From positions 143,036,001-143,100,000 of the forward strand of contig NC_086097.1 of NCBI RefSeq assembly GCF_963921235.1: a stretch of 64,000 bases of DNA, in the 5' to 3' direction. The notes under the pieces are model-generated. The model was given only the letters and a program-made list of their open reading frames with translations. It searched no databases and was not told where the DNA came from. The number at the start of each line of letters is the position of its first letter. The stretch's first letter is position 1. This stretch comes from Mobula hypostoma (taxonomy: Eukaryota). This document shows, one piece after another, positions 1-12,990 of the stretch. The translations under genes and the position numbers were made by a program.

Positions 1-3000
1 CCCAGTGACTTGGCCTCCACAGCTGCTCATGGCAACAAATTCCACAGATTTTCCACTCTGACTAAAGCAACTTCTCCGCATCTCTGTTCTAAATGGACAT
101 CCTTCAATCCTGAAGTCATGCCCTCTTGTCCTAGAATCCCCTATTATGGGAAATAACTTTGCCATATCTAATCTGTTCAGGCCTTTTAACATTCGGAATG
201 TTTCTATGAGATTCCCCTTCATTCTCCTGAACTCCAGGAAATACAGCCCAAGAGCTGCCATACGTTCCTCATATGATAAACCTTTCATTTCTGAAATCAT
301 TCCCATGAATCTTCTTTGACCCCTCTCCAGTGTCAGTATATCCTTTCTAAAATAAGGAGCCCAAAACTGCACACAATACTCCAAATGTGGTCTCATGAGT
401 GCCTTATAGAGCCTCAACATCACATCCCGGCTCTTATATTCTATACCTCTAGAAATGAATGCCAACATTGCATTAGCCTTCTTCACAACCAACTGAACCT
501 GGAGATTAACCTTTAGGGTATTTTGCACAAGGACTCCCAAGTCCCTTTGCATCTCTGCATTTTGAATTCTCTCCCCATCTAAATAATAGTCTGCCCGTTT
601 ACTTCTTCCACTGAAGTGCATGACCATACCCTTTCCAACATTGTATTTCATTTACCACTTCTTTGCCTATTTCCCTAGACTATCTAAGTCTCTCTTCAGG
701 CTCTCTGTTTCCTCAACACTACCCGCTACTCCTCCACCTATCTTTGTATCATCGGCAAATTTAGTCATATATCCATTAACATACATAATCATTGGCATAC
801 ATCGTAAAAAGCAGCAGTCCCAATGCCGACCCCTGTAGAACTCCACTGGTAACTAGCAGCCAGCCAGAATAGGATCCCTTCATTCCCACTCTGTTTTCTG
901 TCGATCAGCCAATGCTCCACCCATGTTAATAACTTCCCTGTAATTCCATGGGCTCTTATCTTGCTAAACAGCCTCATGTGCGGCACCTTGTCAAAAGCCT
1001 TCTGAAAATCCAAATGCACCACGTCTACTGCATCTCCTTTGTCTACCCTGCTTGTAATTTCCTCAAAGAATTGCAGGAGGTTTATCAGGCAGGATTTTCC
1101 TTTCAGGAAACCATGGCCTATCTTGTCATGTGCCTCCAGGTACTCCACAATCTTATCCCTAACAATCCATTCCAACAACCTCCCAACCACTAATATCAGG
1201 CTAACAGGTCTATAGTTTCCTTTCTGATGCCTCCCACCCTTCTTAAATAGTGGAGTAACATTTGCAATTTTCCAGTCATCCAGTACAAAGCCAGAATCTA
1301 TCGATTCTTGAAAGATCATCATTAATGCCTCTGCAATCTCTCCAGCTACTTCCTTCAGAACCCAAGGGCGCATTCCATCAGGTCCTGGAGATTTATCCAC
1401 CCTCAGACCATTAAGCTTCCTGAGCACCTTCTCAGTTATAATTTTCATTACACAAACTTCACTTCCCTGACACTCTTGAATGTCCGGTATACTGCAGACG
1501 TCTTTCACTGTGAAGACTGATGCAAAATACGCATTCAGTTCCTCTGCCATCTCTGCATCTCTCATTACAATACCTCCAGCGAATTGGTCCTATATTTACC
1601 CTCGACTCTCTTATACCCTTTATATACTTAAAAAAGCTTTCAGTATCTTCTTTGATATTAGTCACCAGCTTCCTTTCATAATTCATCTTTTCCTTCCTAA
1701 TGACCTTCTTAGTTTCCTTCTGCAAGTTTTTAAAAGCTTCCCAATCCTCTATCTTCCCACCAGCTCTGACTTCCTTGTATGCCCTCTCTTTTGCTTTTAC
1801 TTTGGCTCTGACTTCACTTGTCAGCCACAGTAGTGTCCTTCCTTTGAACATTATTTGGAATATATTCGTCTTGCACTTCCCTCATTTTTCGCAGAAGCTC
1901 CACCCACTGCTGCTCTGCTGTCCTTCCTGCAAATGTCCCTTTCCAGTCAACTTCAGTCAGTTCCCCTCTCATGCCATTGTAATTTCCTTTATTCCAATTA
2001 AATACCAACACATTGGATTTTATTTTTTCCCTCTCAAGTTTCAATGTGAACTCGATCATATTGTGATCACTGTTGCCTCAGGGTTCCTTAACCTTAAGCT
2101 CTCTTATCACCTCTGGATCATTGCACAACACCCAGTCCAGCACAGCCGATCACCTAGTGGGCTCAACAACAAGCTGTTCTAAAAAGCCATCCCTTAGACA
2201 TTCTACAAATTCTCTCTCTTGAAGTCCAGTACAGGCCTGGTTTTCCCAATCCAGTTTCATGTTAAAATCTCCAACGATTATCATGACATTACCTTTCTGA
2301 CACGCCTTTTCTATCTCCTGCTGTAATTTGTAATCCACATCCTGGCTGATGTTTGGAGGCCTGTATACAACTGCCATTAGGGTCATTCTACCCTTGTCAT
2401 TTCTTAACTCAACCCATAGAGACTCTACACCTTCCAATCCTATGTCATCTCTTTTTAATGATTAATATTATTTCTTATACACAGAGCCACATCACCCCTC
2501 TGCCTACTAACCTATCTTTCTGTTACACCATATATCCTTGGACGTTCAGCTCCCAATGGCAGCCATCCTTTAGCCAAGTTTGAGAGATGGCCACAATGTC
2601 ATATTTGCTAATCTGCAGCTGAATTTCAAGCTCGTTCACTTTATTCCTTATGCTGCATGCATTCAAATATAACATTTTCAGTCCAGTATTTGTTGCTTTC
2701 TGTTTTAACTGCACCACGCCTCTATTGCCCTGTAACTCATGCCATTGGCTGTGATTAAGCTTCATCTCCTGCCTGTTCTTTCTATAATCTCTGTTGCACA
2801 CTATTTTTGATTTATTTCTGTTTTTCCTTTCCTCAGCCCTATCACTCTGGTTCCCATCCCCTTGCCAAATTAGTTTAAACCCTCCCTGACAGCTCTATTA
2901 AATGTGCCCGCTAGGATATTGGACGCCTTTGGGTTCAGGTGTAACCCGTCCTTTTTGTACAGGTTGTACCTCCCCCAGAAGATGCCCCAATGATCCAGGA

Positions 3001-3870
3001 ATCTGAAGCCCTGCCCCCTACACCAGTCTCTCAGTCACACATTAATACACTTAATCATGTTATTCTTGCACTCACTAGCACATGGCACAGGCAGCAATCC
3101 TGAGACTACTACCCTAGAGGTCCTGCTTTTCAGCTTCCTACCTAACTCCCTCAATTCTCTCTTAAGGACCTCCTCCTTTTTTCTACCTATGTCATTGGTA
3201 CCAACGTGTACCAAGACTTCTGGCTGTTCACCCTCTCCCTTCAGAATACTCTGCACCCGATCCGAGACATCCCGTACCCTGGCACCTGGGAGGCAACGCA
3301 CCTTGCGGGTATCTCTATCAGGCTGACAGAACCTCCTGTCTGTTCCCCTCACTATGGAATCCCATATGACTACCGCATTCCTCATCTTCCTCTTTCCCTT
3401 CTGCACCACAGAACCAGGCTCAGTGCCAGAGACCCATTCGCCGTGGTCATCCTCTGTCAGGTCACCGCCCCCCCACAACTACATCCAAAATGAGATAACG
3501 ATTACTGAGTGGGATGGCCACAGGGTGCTCTCTACTATCTGAGCTCATCCCTTCATTTCCCTGACCATCACCCACTTATCTAACTCCTGCAGCTTCGGGT
3601 GACTAACTTCCTGTAGCTCCTCTCTATCTCCTGTTCACTCTCCCTAATAAGCTGTAGGTCATCGAGCTGCAGCTCCAGATCCCTAACACAGTCTCCCAGG
3701 AGCTGCATCTCGGTGCACCTGGCACAGATGCGGCCATCTGGGAGACTGAAAGATTCCCAGGATTCCCACTTCTGACATCCAGAGCAAAACACAAACCCTA
3801 CCGACATGCTCTCTATTCCTCAAAAAAATGCAAAGAAAAACCAAAAACGAAGTCCGCCTATCCATTTACC
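1..3870 (-). mobile_element. CR1-clade LINE, near full length, frameshifted (ORF1 zinc-finger/coiled-coil plus esterase; ORF2 APE endonuclease plus RT)
   Basis: ORF1: CSGC...CARC (3580-3807) and VIWDSIVR/HVGTNDI (3035-3478). EN: YLNACSIRNK, VYRPP, GDFN. RT: KSPGPDG, NYRPVSL, LDFQKAFDKVPH (789-1565). The 3' end runs off the window. Confidence 0.93.
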
Positions 3871-4797
3871 TCGCCGAAGCATTCACAGCCGCTGCCTGAC
3901 CTCCCGCACACTGTGTGTAATGCTCTAGATTTCCAGCATCTGCAATACCTCTTGTGTCTAAAATAATCCACTGCTTCCCCTCAATCTCTTGGTAGCTTTT
4001 GACACGACAGCTATGCCATTCTCCTCTAATGCCTCCACACTGTTGTCTACATGGGCAGATTGCACTTACCTAGCTAAATCCATTCTTTTCTAAATTATCT
4101 TTGTCACAGAGTTAGTTCAATGGCTTTTCTTCAACAGTTCCTGCCCCTGCTTATCTAAATGCTGTCCTTCAACAATATCATCCATTAAGTCAGCATCTGC
4201 AAAGTTGGCAGGTGTACCAATGTGCACGTAATTTGTGGCTGTTTATGTAGTTGTGATGGTTATCATGGTAGCAAGTTCCATGTTCTCCTCACTCTTGGGT
4301 CAAAAATAAATTTTTGTACCAAATTTACCATTTTATTTAGCCAGGGACATGGATTGGAAGGGTTCAGACGATGTAGAACAATCGCAGGCAAATAGTGTGG
4401 GCCCAGTTAGGCAATTTGGTTGGCATGGACAAGTTGGGCTGTTACTGTGATGTATAATTCTCTGAGTCTTCTGTTTCTTTCGATTTACTTCCTATGCTCT
4501 CGTATTTTTATCTGCAGTGTGGCGAGTTTCCATGAGGTATGCGGCAGAAAACCTGAGGAATTCAGCAGGCCAGGCAGCATCCGGGCAGAGTTTTTTTTTT
4601 GTTGCTGCTGAGAGTTTCGCCAAGGAAAAAAATGAAGACTTACTTGTTTTGTTTTTAAGAATTCAGCTGATTTAAAAGGTGGCCTGAAACTGTGTAAAAC
4701 TTTTTAATTCACGTAAACTAACCACTGGTACATAAAATTTGTAGATATATGTAAGAGAAAGAACATGAATTGCAATTAGCTGGGAGAAAGATCTTCT

Positions 4798-5635
4798 CTT
4801 TCAATATTTTTATTAATTTATATATAAGAATACAGAGCACAGGGAAAAAAATCTAATATTTATAATATGCTGTTGGGAATGAGAAGTGTTCCTTTAGATA
4901 AAATTAAAAATCTTTGGGAACAAGATTTACAGACTTCAGTTTCTGAGGAAACTTGGAATCAAATTTTTAAATTGGTCAACACTTCATCATTATGTCACTC
5001 TCTCCTTCAATCTAAAGTGGTCCATAGGGCCCATATGACTAAGGATAAGTTGTCTCATTTTTATTTAGCTATATCTCCGTATTGTGATAAATGTAATAAT
5101 GGAGAAGTTTCACTCATTCATATGTTTTGGACATGTCCGAGTCTTGGAAAGTATTGGAAAGAAGTATTTCAAACCTTTTCGATACTTTTTAAAGTAAATT
5201 TCAAGCCTAATCCTTTGACTGCTTTATTTGGTATTGTTGGAGGAAAGGATATTATTTTGGAGCCATCTGATTTGCACAGTTTGGGTTTTATGTCTCTTAT
5301 GGCCAGAAGTACGCTTTTGCTTAAACGGAAAGATGTGGCCCCTCCTATTTACACCCAATGGTTACACGATGTGATGTCATGTTTAAATTTAGAGAAGATT
5401 CGATGTTCAATTTTTGAATCTAATCAAGACTTTCAAACATTGTGGGGACCCTTTCTGAATTATTTTCAAAACCTTTGAATTGCTGTTAAAGCACAGATGA
5501 TGACTAAGAATCTTTTTTCTTTTTTTTTCTATTAATCAGCTTCTGTCTTGGTAGTGGGTTAGATTTTTTTTAATATAAAAAAATTATTATTTTTCAATGT
5601 TACGAACTAATTGATTTGTACGAAAATAGGGTAAG
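4798..5635. mobile_element. L1-clade LINE fragment with 5' inversion and 12-bp TSD
   Basis: ORF2 C-terminal zinc knuckle (CDKC...HMFWTC) on + at 4867-5478. The AATAAA-containing tail is on - at about 4798-4845. GAAAGATCTTCT occurs at 4786-4797 and 5636-5647. Confidence 0.85.
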
Positions 5636-6050
5636 GAAAGATCTTCTAATGTAGATCTGATTGCAGGGAAGGTTGTCTTGTCACAGAGACCACATGCTGA
5701 TGGAACCGTAAGAAATGGAATGGACCATTGAGCTGTCTGAACTTTTTCTACTTTTGAATACGCTGACATTACTCCTCTAACTCCGTTTCAATTTCCTGCA
5801 CAATCCCCACGTCCCTTTATTTTCTTGGTATAACAACCTCAATCCTGACCACACAATGATGAAGTTTCTACAACTCACTGGGAACAGAATCCCAAATAAT
5901 TGTGATCTTTTGAGTGAAGAAATTCTCTCTTTTAGTCCTTAGTGGATAGCCCTTCATTTTCCAAACAGGAGGAGTCTACCCATCAGTGTCTAGCCTGTCA
6001 AATGACAGTAAACACTGGATGCATTCAGAGTACAAGCCTCTCCACCTTAC

Positions 6051-6201
6051 CTGATCTTCATCATTCACCGCTGCCATGTAAGAAATGATGCTGTGCAGCT
6101 CCTCCGCTGAAATTGCTTTATAAATGAAATCCTTAAGCAGGCTGAAAATTGATAGCTGGACCGTTTTAACATCGGCTGTGGCCTGGTTATCCTTCTGTGC
6201 G
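6051..6201 (-). CDS. NBEAL2: NBEAL2 exon U (151 nt): AQKDNQATADVKTVQLS...AAVNDEDQ
   Basis: ttttag|C ... CAG|gtaagg. Confidence 0.93.
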
Positions 6202-6654
6202 CTAAAATAAAGGGGCCACATATTAAAGAGATTGCCAAACTGCTCCATCCTTCACTTATGGTCATTCCCCCGTCACAATTTTTATTCAGTAGTTTGAATC
6301 GCTAGCAACTAATCCGCTTTTGATAAGCAAATTTTCTACTCTTATTCGGTCTGGCCCAGGCAACCAACATAGCTAACACTAATCTACTTTCTGAGGTAGC
6401 CTTGCAAGTTAATTGTATCAAAGCATTAACAGTTACAAAGGAATGAGCATCAAACAATTAAAGAGAAATCACAGATGCCAAGGATAATCACAGGGATAAA
6501 TCTCCATACTCTCCTGTACACTGCTGAGTGAAAAGCTGTGTAGTGAGCAACTCTGAATTACTCACAATTAGAATCAGTACCCTATATAACCCAAAACTGA
6601 AGTTTATTCACCACCTTCAACCCAGAAGCCTCAAAAGAGGAACATTTCCACTCA

Positions 6655-6840
<186 letters not shown>

Positions 6841-7463
6841 TTAGACTTGTCATGAACTAACAGAAAGTCTTGCTCTCAGGGCATTGCAAATGATAACAAA
6901 CACATTCCAATGATGAGTTTTCAAAAAGAGGGAAAGTAAAACATTAACAAAAGCCCATAAGAGTGATGGACAGCACCAATCTAAAATGCAGCACACAATT
7001 AGCAACAAGAATGCTGAAGTCAGGCAAAGCAGAAAGAATGAAGCTTGCTGGATTCTTCCCAAATAACATCAAATATGTCAGGACTAATAGTGATTTGTGA
7101 CAATAGTCCTGATAACACAAAGCAAACTCCCCATTCAACTATTTTTGTGATAGCCTAAGAGGTTTAAGATATTCAAGATTTCCCAATTTGGATGCATCCG
7201 GCAATTTTAACTTAAACACACTGCAAGCGGAGATAAATTAAACTAGATCTGGTGGCCAGATCTGGCAGTTCAGTATGCAACACAAAGATCAGAAGAACAG
7301 CCCAAATTTCAATTATGTGACAGCTGGTGACTTTGAGAGAACATTATTTTAGGAAGGAGGAGGGCACTGGGCAGACTATTTTCACTTAATGATGTGACCT
7401 GTGTTCAACCCCTACCCCTAAGGAATTAAAACATTTTTTCATAAGTGAAACGTGAAGCACTAC

Positions 7464-7623
7464 CTATTCGAACAGCAAAGTCACTGTGGCTCCAGATGCG
7501 GAAGTCGAAGAGCAGATACTGGTACAGATAGTGGAGTAGAAGGTTATTGCCTTCACTTGCTGCTTGCTCCATTAGAAACTGACAGGCCATGAGCACGTTC
7601 ATATCCACTCTGTGACTTGGAAC
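7464..7623 (-). CDS. NBEAL2: NBEAL2 exon S (160 nt): VPSHRVDMNVLM...LLFDFRIWSHSDFAVRI
   Basis: atgcag|GTT ... G|gtagtg. Confidence 0.94.
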
Positions 7624-7654
7624 CTGCATCAAAGAGAAGCATGTATTAACATGG

Positions 7655-7870
7655 TTGTCTTCAATCCCAAAGAGCTTTACAGCATATAAGGAGCTCTTCA
7701 AATGTGGCCACTTTTACATTTTAAGAAATATTAGGGACAATTAGTGTCAGATAGATCCAACTAACAATGTTTTTATTTTGAAGAGGTTGGTTGAAGGTGA
7801 TAAAAGCACCTGGAAATTTGTCCCAGTTGTTAATACCACATGTGACATGCTTTTCTGTCAGCAACTTCTA
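7655..7870 (-). mobile_element. Degenerate Deu-domain (AmnSINE/SacSINE-like) SINE
   Basis: tcccaaagagctttacagc...ttcaaatgtggccact resembles the copy at 27640-28000; family assignment is from recall. Confidence 0.5.
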
Positions 7871-8224
7871 CCCTGAAATCTATTCAACTTAAAATTACTG
7901 GAGTAGCAGATGTAGCACTAATTTGTACTACATTAAGAAGTGGAACTATACTTTGTTTCTGTTAAGGCAGGTATGGCCTCAGCTTAACTGTTATAATAAA
8001 AGAAAACACCTCTCACAGAGCATACTTGCTCAGTACAGCTCTAAGGTGCCAGCCTAGTCGGTAGGGTGGTTACTAATGTTTGACATTGCATGTCCATATC
8101 AAAGAAACCAAGTGGTATACCAGAAATATGAAGTTTGCAACACTATATTACAAGAAATGATATTGAAAGATTTTTCCAAATAAAATAATGAAAATTAAAG
8201 TTGCTTTACTTCAAATAAATAATG

Positions 8225-8775
8225 AGCAAAGTCTGTGTTTGAAGAATGAAGACTTTGGCATGGCAATTCTGCACTGGGGGTTGGAGGAAATTTGGAATGT
8301 CACCAAGGAGTCGAGCAAATTTCTATAGCTGTACCATGGAGAACGTTCTGATTGATTGCATCATCGGGTATTCGGGTATCGAGGCACCAATGCACAACAG
8401 AGGGTTATATACTCAGCCAGATCCATCATGGGCACAGGCTCTCCCCCCCCCCTCCATTGAGGACATGCCTCAACAAAGTGGCATCCATTGGAAAGACCCT
8501 CACCATTTAGGATTCATTATCCCATGTATGCCCTCTTCTCATAACTACCCTTGGGGGGAATACATGAGCCTGGAGATGCACACTTAATGTTTTAGGACCA
8601 GTTTCCTTCCTCCACCATCAGATTTTAGAACTGTCCATGAACTCTACCTGACTAACTTTCTCTCCTTTTGTACTACTTATTGATTTTTACATACTCTTAT
8701 TGTAACTTTTAATATTTTTACTTATTAAAAGCAAATTTCATGACATATGTCAGTGTAATAAACTTGATCATGGTT
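8225..8775 (+). mobile_element. Rex1/Babar-like LINE 3' fragment, degenerate
   Basis: KFGMSP..NFYSCTMENVLIDCI resembles the Rex RT C-terminus; 3' tail gtaataaacttgat. Confidence 0.7.
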
Positions 8776-9619
8776 TCCAATAAATGCTTTAAATTCACAA
8801 GAGAGTGTGGTAAAAGAGATAGGAACAGAGGAATATAGGTAAGTGTATTGGTATAGGAATGATTAAAGGAACAACAGAGGGAAGAAACCTATCTCTAGTT
8901 ACCAGTGTACTGCTGGGTTACTGAAAACCTAATACCATTGTTTAAAGAGGGTGAGATAAACCAAGTACTTACAGACTCAGTAGTGGACAAATTACTGGGG
9001 TAAAAATCTGGGAGATGCTTTGAATTGTTATTGAGAAAGTCTTGATTAAGAAAGAATAGTCAGCAACGATTTATTAAAGGAAGATCAAGTCCCATGAATG
9101 ATGATACTGCTTTAAGGACTGCTGAGGACAATAGAATGTTTGGTGTAGTCTGTATGGATTTGGGAAGGCCCCATTTGGTAGACACACAAGTAAGGTAAAA
9201 GCCCAACAGATCTGAGACAAAGTGGAAAACAGGGCCCAAAATTAGTTCAGTGACAAGAAGCAGGATTAATGTTTGACAAGTCTCTTGTAGTTTATAACAA
9301 GAAGATGTAGATGGCAGTAAGATATTACTGGGTAGCTCGATAGGCATAAATATAGCAAATGAAATTTAGTTCAAAGAAAGGTGCGGTAATCTTTGGGCAG
9401 GGCACAATAAACAAATGAAGTTTAGTCCAAATAAGGGTGCGGTAATGCTTTGGGAAGAGCATAACAAACAAGTGAAATGCAGCAGATGTATAAAAATGCC
9501 CTTTCCTGTGGTTTTCCTTCTAGAGGATACTAAGGAGACCGACATTTTAGCGTAAGTGCAAGGAAAGTTTGACAAGTTTGTCTTTGCCGATCAAGGTGAA
9601 CTCTACTGAGTGTTGGAGG

Positions 9620-10400
9620 AAAGCAATCACCAAAACAACTCTTATAAAAAGTCTCATGAAATTCTCCATCTCTCATTATCTTTCTCAACCCAGCATCAAC
9701 CTTTCACTGGTGATCATTTCACACTGTACAGGCCCAGTACCTCATTGCTGTCACCCAGCAGGCAGTCTTGTCTGGTCCTGTTCTTCCCTAATCTACAATT
9801 CCTTCTCGTCTTTTCACATTTGTGTGCCCAAGGATCTATTATTGGCCCTCTTACTTTTTAATTTATTAGCTACATCGTCCAGATAAAATTATATTAGCTT
9901 CTACTTGTAAGCCAACTCCACCACCAGTCTGATGGTAGGTCATTGTTCCAAAACATTAACTCATATCTCTCTCCACTGATCTTGTCTGACTTGAGTATCT
10001 TCTGTTTTCTATTTTAATAATATTTAATTAAAATCAACAATTTTTGCTTCTATTTCAGATTTCCAGCATCTTCAGTTTTCTTTTGCTTTCATACAAATTG
10101 CTTTTTTGACCCCTCAATTCTCTATAACTTGTTTGTTGAATAAGACTGAGCTGAAATTTCTTCTGCTAGCCATTGGAAAGACAGAAGTATTTTTCAGATC
10201 CCCTATTATCCATCTTTTTGTCACCTACTTGTGATTACCACATTTCACAATGTTGGTATCTGACCAAGACGTAACTTCCATATCACCTCTAAAATTACCT
10301 ACTTCCATTCATAACTCTCCCTTGGCCCAAGCACATCTGCTGCTTAAACACTGCAGTACCACTCCTAAGCAGGTTTATTTCCTTTTTTAACATGCGAAAA
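9620..10400 (+). mobile_element. Old L2-like RT fragment interrupted by Penelope-tail remnants (about 9925-10090)
   Basis: gtgcccaaggatctattattggccctctt encodes a VPQGSI-GPL-type RT motif. Confidence 0.55.
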
Positions 10401-11112
10401 ATGCAGCCCAACTTTGGGATAAGTTCCAGTTTGTGCCCATTCCTCAAGGCTGTGCTTCTCTGATGTAAGAACCATTACTCCAACTCCAGTCAAACAGGTC
10501 TTGCTGTTTACCAAGTGCCTGCAAATTCAGGGTTTTCTTTTGGGTAAAGTCAACAAGTTTATGAATAATGTTCATTCAAAAACAACAGTGTCTGGCAGAA
10601 TCTCCTCATTAAGTTTAATGAGGCCTTTTTACTGTAATAAGACCTCATTAAGTTAATAAAACAGCAAAGGAAGTTACACCCCTGGCAATCCTCTACTGAA
10701 ATTTCACTTTTCTGTGAGTTACTTCTCATGAGGATATCCACTTCAGTTCCAGCTCCTGCAAAGGGAAGATTGCTTATTTTTTGTGTACTAAGACAAGGAT
10801 CCATAATGGTTTGCAATTTGAAATAATAAACAGAGTATCACTTTTTAAAGAAAAGTTTATTTTCTGTACTTCTGAAAGTGAGGGGCATTTCCCTCTACAA
10901 TGTTCCAAGCATTCTCAGATCAGGTACAACATAGGTTATATACTAAATAAATTTTATGTTTCAATGTCAGGATTTGACAATGAGTAACTGGAAGAGAAGT
11001 GGATGTCTCATGGTGAAGATTCTCAGAAATATAAAATTGCAATAATTTTCAGTTACACTTCCCCACTGAGCACTTCAGCTTCTCTTTGTCTCTTTCTGTC
11101 TCTCTTCTTCAC

Positions 11113-11695
11113 CTCCCTGCAAATGTCTCAATCTCCTTCCCTGCAAATGTCTCACTCTCCCTCCCCGCAAACGTCTCACTCTCCCTCCCCGCAAACGTCT
11201 CACTCTCCCTCCCCGCAAACGTCTCACTCTCCCTCCCCGCAAACGTCTCACTCTTCCTCCCCGTAAACGTCTCACTCTCCCTCCCCGCAAACGTCTCACT
11301 CTCCCTCCCTGTAAACGTCTCAGTCTCCCTCCCTGCAAATGTCTCTCTCTCCCTCCCTGCAAATGTCTCTCTCTCCCTCCCTGCAAATGTCTCTCTCTCC
11401 TTCCCTGCAAACGTCTCTCTCTCCCTCCCTGCAAACGTCTCGCTCTCCCTCCCTGCAAACGTCTCACTCTCCTTCCCTGCAAACGTCTCACTCTCCTTCC
11501 CTGCAAACGTCTCACTCTCCCTCCCTGCAAACGTCTCGCTCTCCTTCCCTGCAAACGTCTCACTCTCCCTCCCTGCAAACGTCTCGCTCTCCTTCCCTGC
11601 AAACGTCTCACTCTCCCTCCCTGCAAACGTCTCACTCTCCTTCCCTGCAAACGTCTCACTCTCCCTCCCTGCAAATGTCTCACTCTCCTTCCCTG
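11113..11695. repeat. Minisatellite, about 24 copies of a 24-bp unit (CCCTGCAAACGTCTCACTCTCCCT)
   Basis: Direct inspection; 24 PANVSLSx units in ORF 11086..11778. Confidence 0.97.
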
Positions 11696-11999
11696 TTAGT
11701 GCCTCGGGTTCAGCCAAAGCTTGCAGACTCATCAGAATGATTCCAGCTTTGAAAAAGCTGGAAGTAAATTTCCTTTAAATTTAAAATGTTAAACTAATTT
11801 ACAGGATTAAAGTACAGAGGAAACTAAATCCTCTGAATGAGGATCAAGAGGTCACAATTTAAATTGACAAGTTAGGCTCTAGAATCAAGTAACACGATTT
11901 TTAAATTCATCACTGATGACATGTAGAAAGTGATGACGAGGCAGTTGCTAATAGTCAATAGTGACAATAGCACTTATAATATTAGTTGTGAAAAATATT

Positions 12000-12083
12000 T
12001 GTTGATTTAATGTTGTTACATATTAATGTTGATTTAATATTGTTACATATTAATGTTGATTTAATGTTGTTACATATTAATGT
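12000..12083. repeat. Tandem repeat, 3 x 27 bp (TGTTGATTTAATGTTGTTACATATTAA)
   Basis: Direct inspection; one mismatch in copy 2. Confidence 0.95.
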
Positions 12084-12299
12084 GGCTCGTGCCTGCTCTC
12101 TGCTGAGAACTTATCAATGAGGAAATTTTGCTTGGAACTGCTTGTGCCTCAAGGATTGATGTTAGGAATCTACGGAGAATACATATCCCAAGGACATTGC
12201 ATGAAGATATTAAAACAAAATGCAGAATGTGCAAATGGTTCATAAATTAATTTAAACATTGGCAAAAGAGCTATGGACTATTTTGAAAGGAAAAATAAG

Positions 12300-12990
12300 A
12301 ATCTAGTGGATTAGTACAAAAATATTAAGATACACACAGCATTAACATTTAATAAATCATAAACCAAGCCAACTATGCACTTTGGTGTATTTCTTGGGGA
12401 ATAGTATTAAAGTACAGGAGCTGTTCTAACATATGTATTAGATTGTATTTGAGGACACTTAAAGTTCTAGTCAATATAAACATATAGAGATGCTGGAGAG
12501 AATACAATTAATATTTACAAAGGAATTACCAGAAATATCCAGGATTATACCTATCAGATAAGGAAGCATAGCTCTTCTCTTGTAAAAGTGCTGATGGAGG
12601 GATGAGCTAATATGGATTTTGAAAATTAAGAAGGGTTTCAGTACATAAACATGCTGGGAAAACATTTGCAGAATGGTTGTAGGAAAGAACACAAGGGAGA
12701 AAATGGAGGCTATCAACATATGATAGTTTCTGGGAAAACAAGTAATGAATTCAGAACAGAATTTTGTTTTATCCTGAGAGTGACAAGAACATAAAACCTG
12801 ATACCATCAGAGGTTGAGGTGAGAAATATAGCTATGGCAAAGGGGAGACTAGATCATTCTTTGAAGGAAAAGTAATATGATTGAAAATAATTTAATTGAG
12901 GAAGGATGGAGAGGAGTTTTTACAGGAGCGCATGCGTCCACAAAGACTGCTGGGACTGAACGGCTTGTTTCTGTGCTCAATGTTCTGCGC
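12300..12990 (+). mobile_element. Highly degenerate CR1 3' fragment
   Basis: tagagatgctggagagaatacaa...tttacaaagga; 3' end gggactgaacggcttgtttctgtgct. Confidence 0.55.

Noticed and set aside
3870..6050. A further NBEAL2 exon downstream of exon U
   Set aside because: I found no segment with a suitable peptide and splice sites; the next exon is probably left of the window.
11113..11695. CRISPR-like array
   Set aside because: Head-to-tail repeats with no unique spacers, no cas genes, and a vertebrate intron context
11075..11778. ORFs of 200+ aa across the minisatellite (PANVSLSL with repeated N-x-S sequons; RRLQGGRV; ESETFAGR)
   Set aside because: A stop-free unit whose length is a multiple of three opens several frames automatically. 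There is no unique coding flank or homology.
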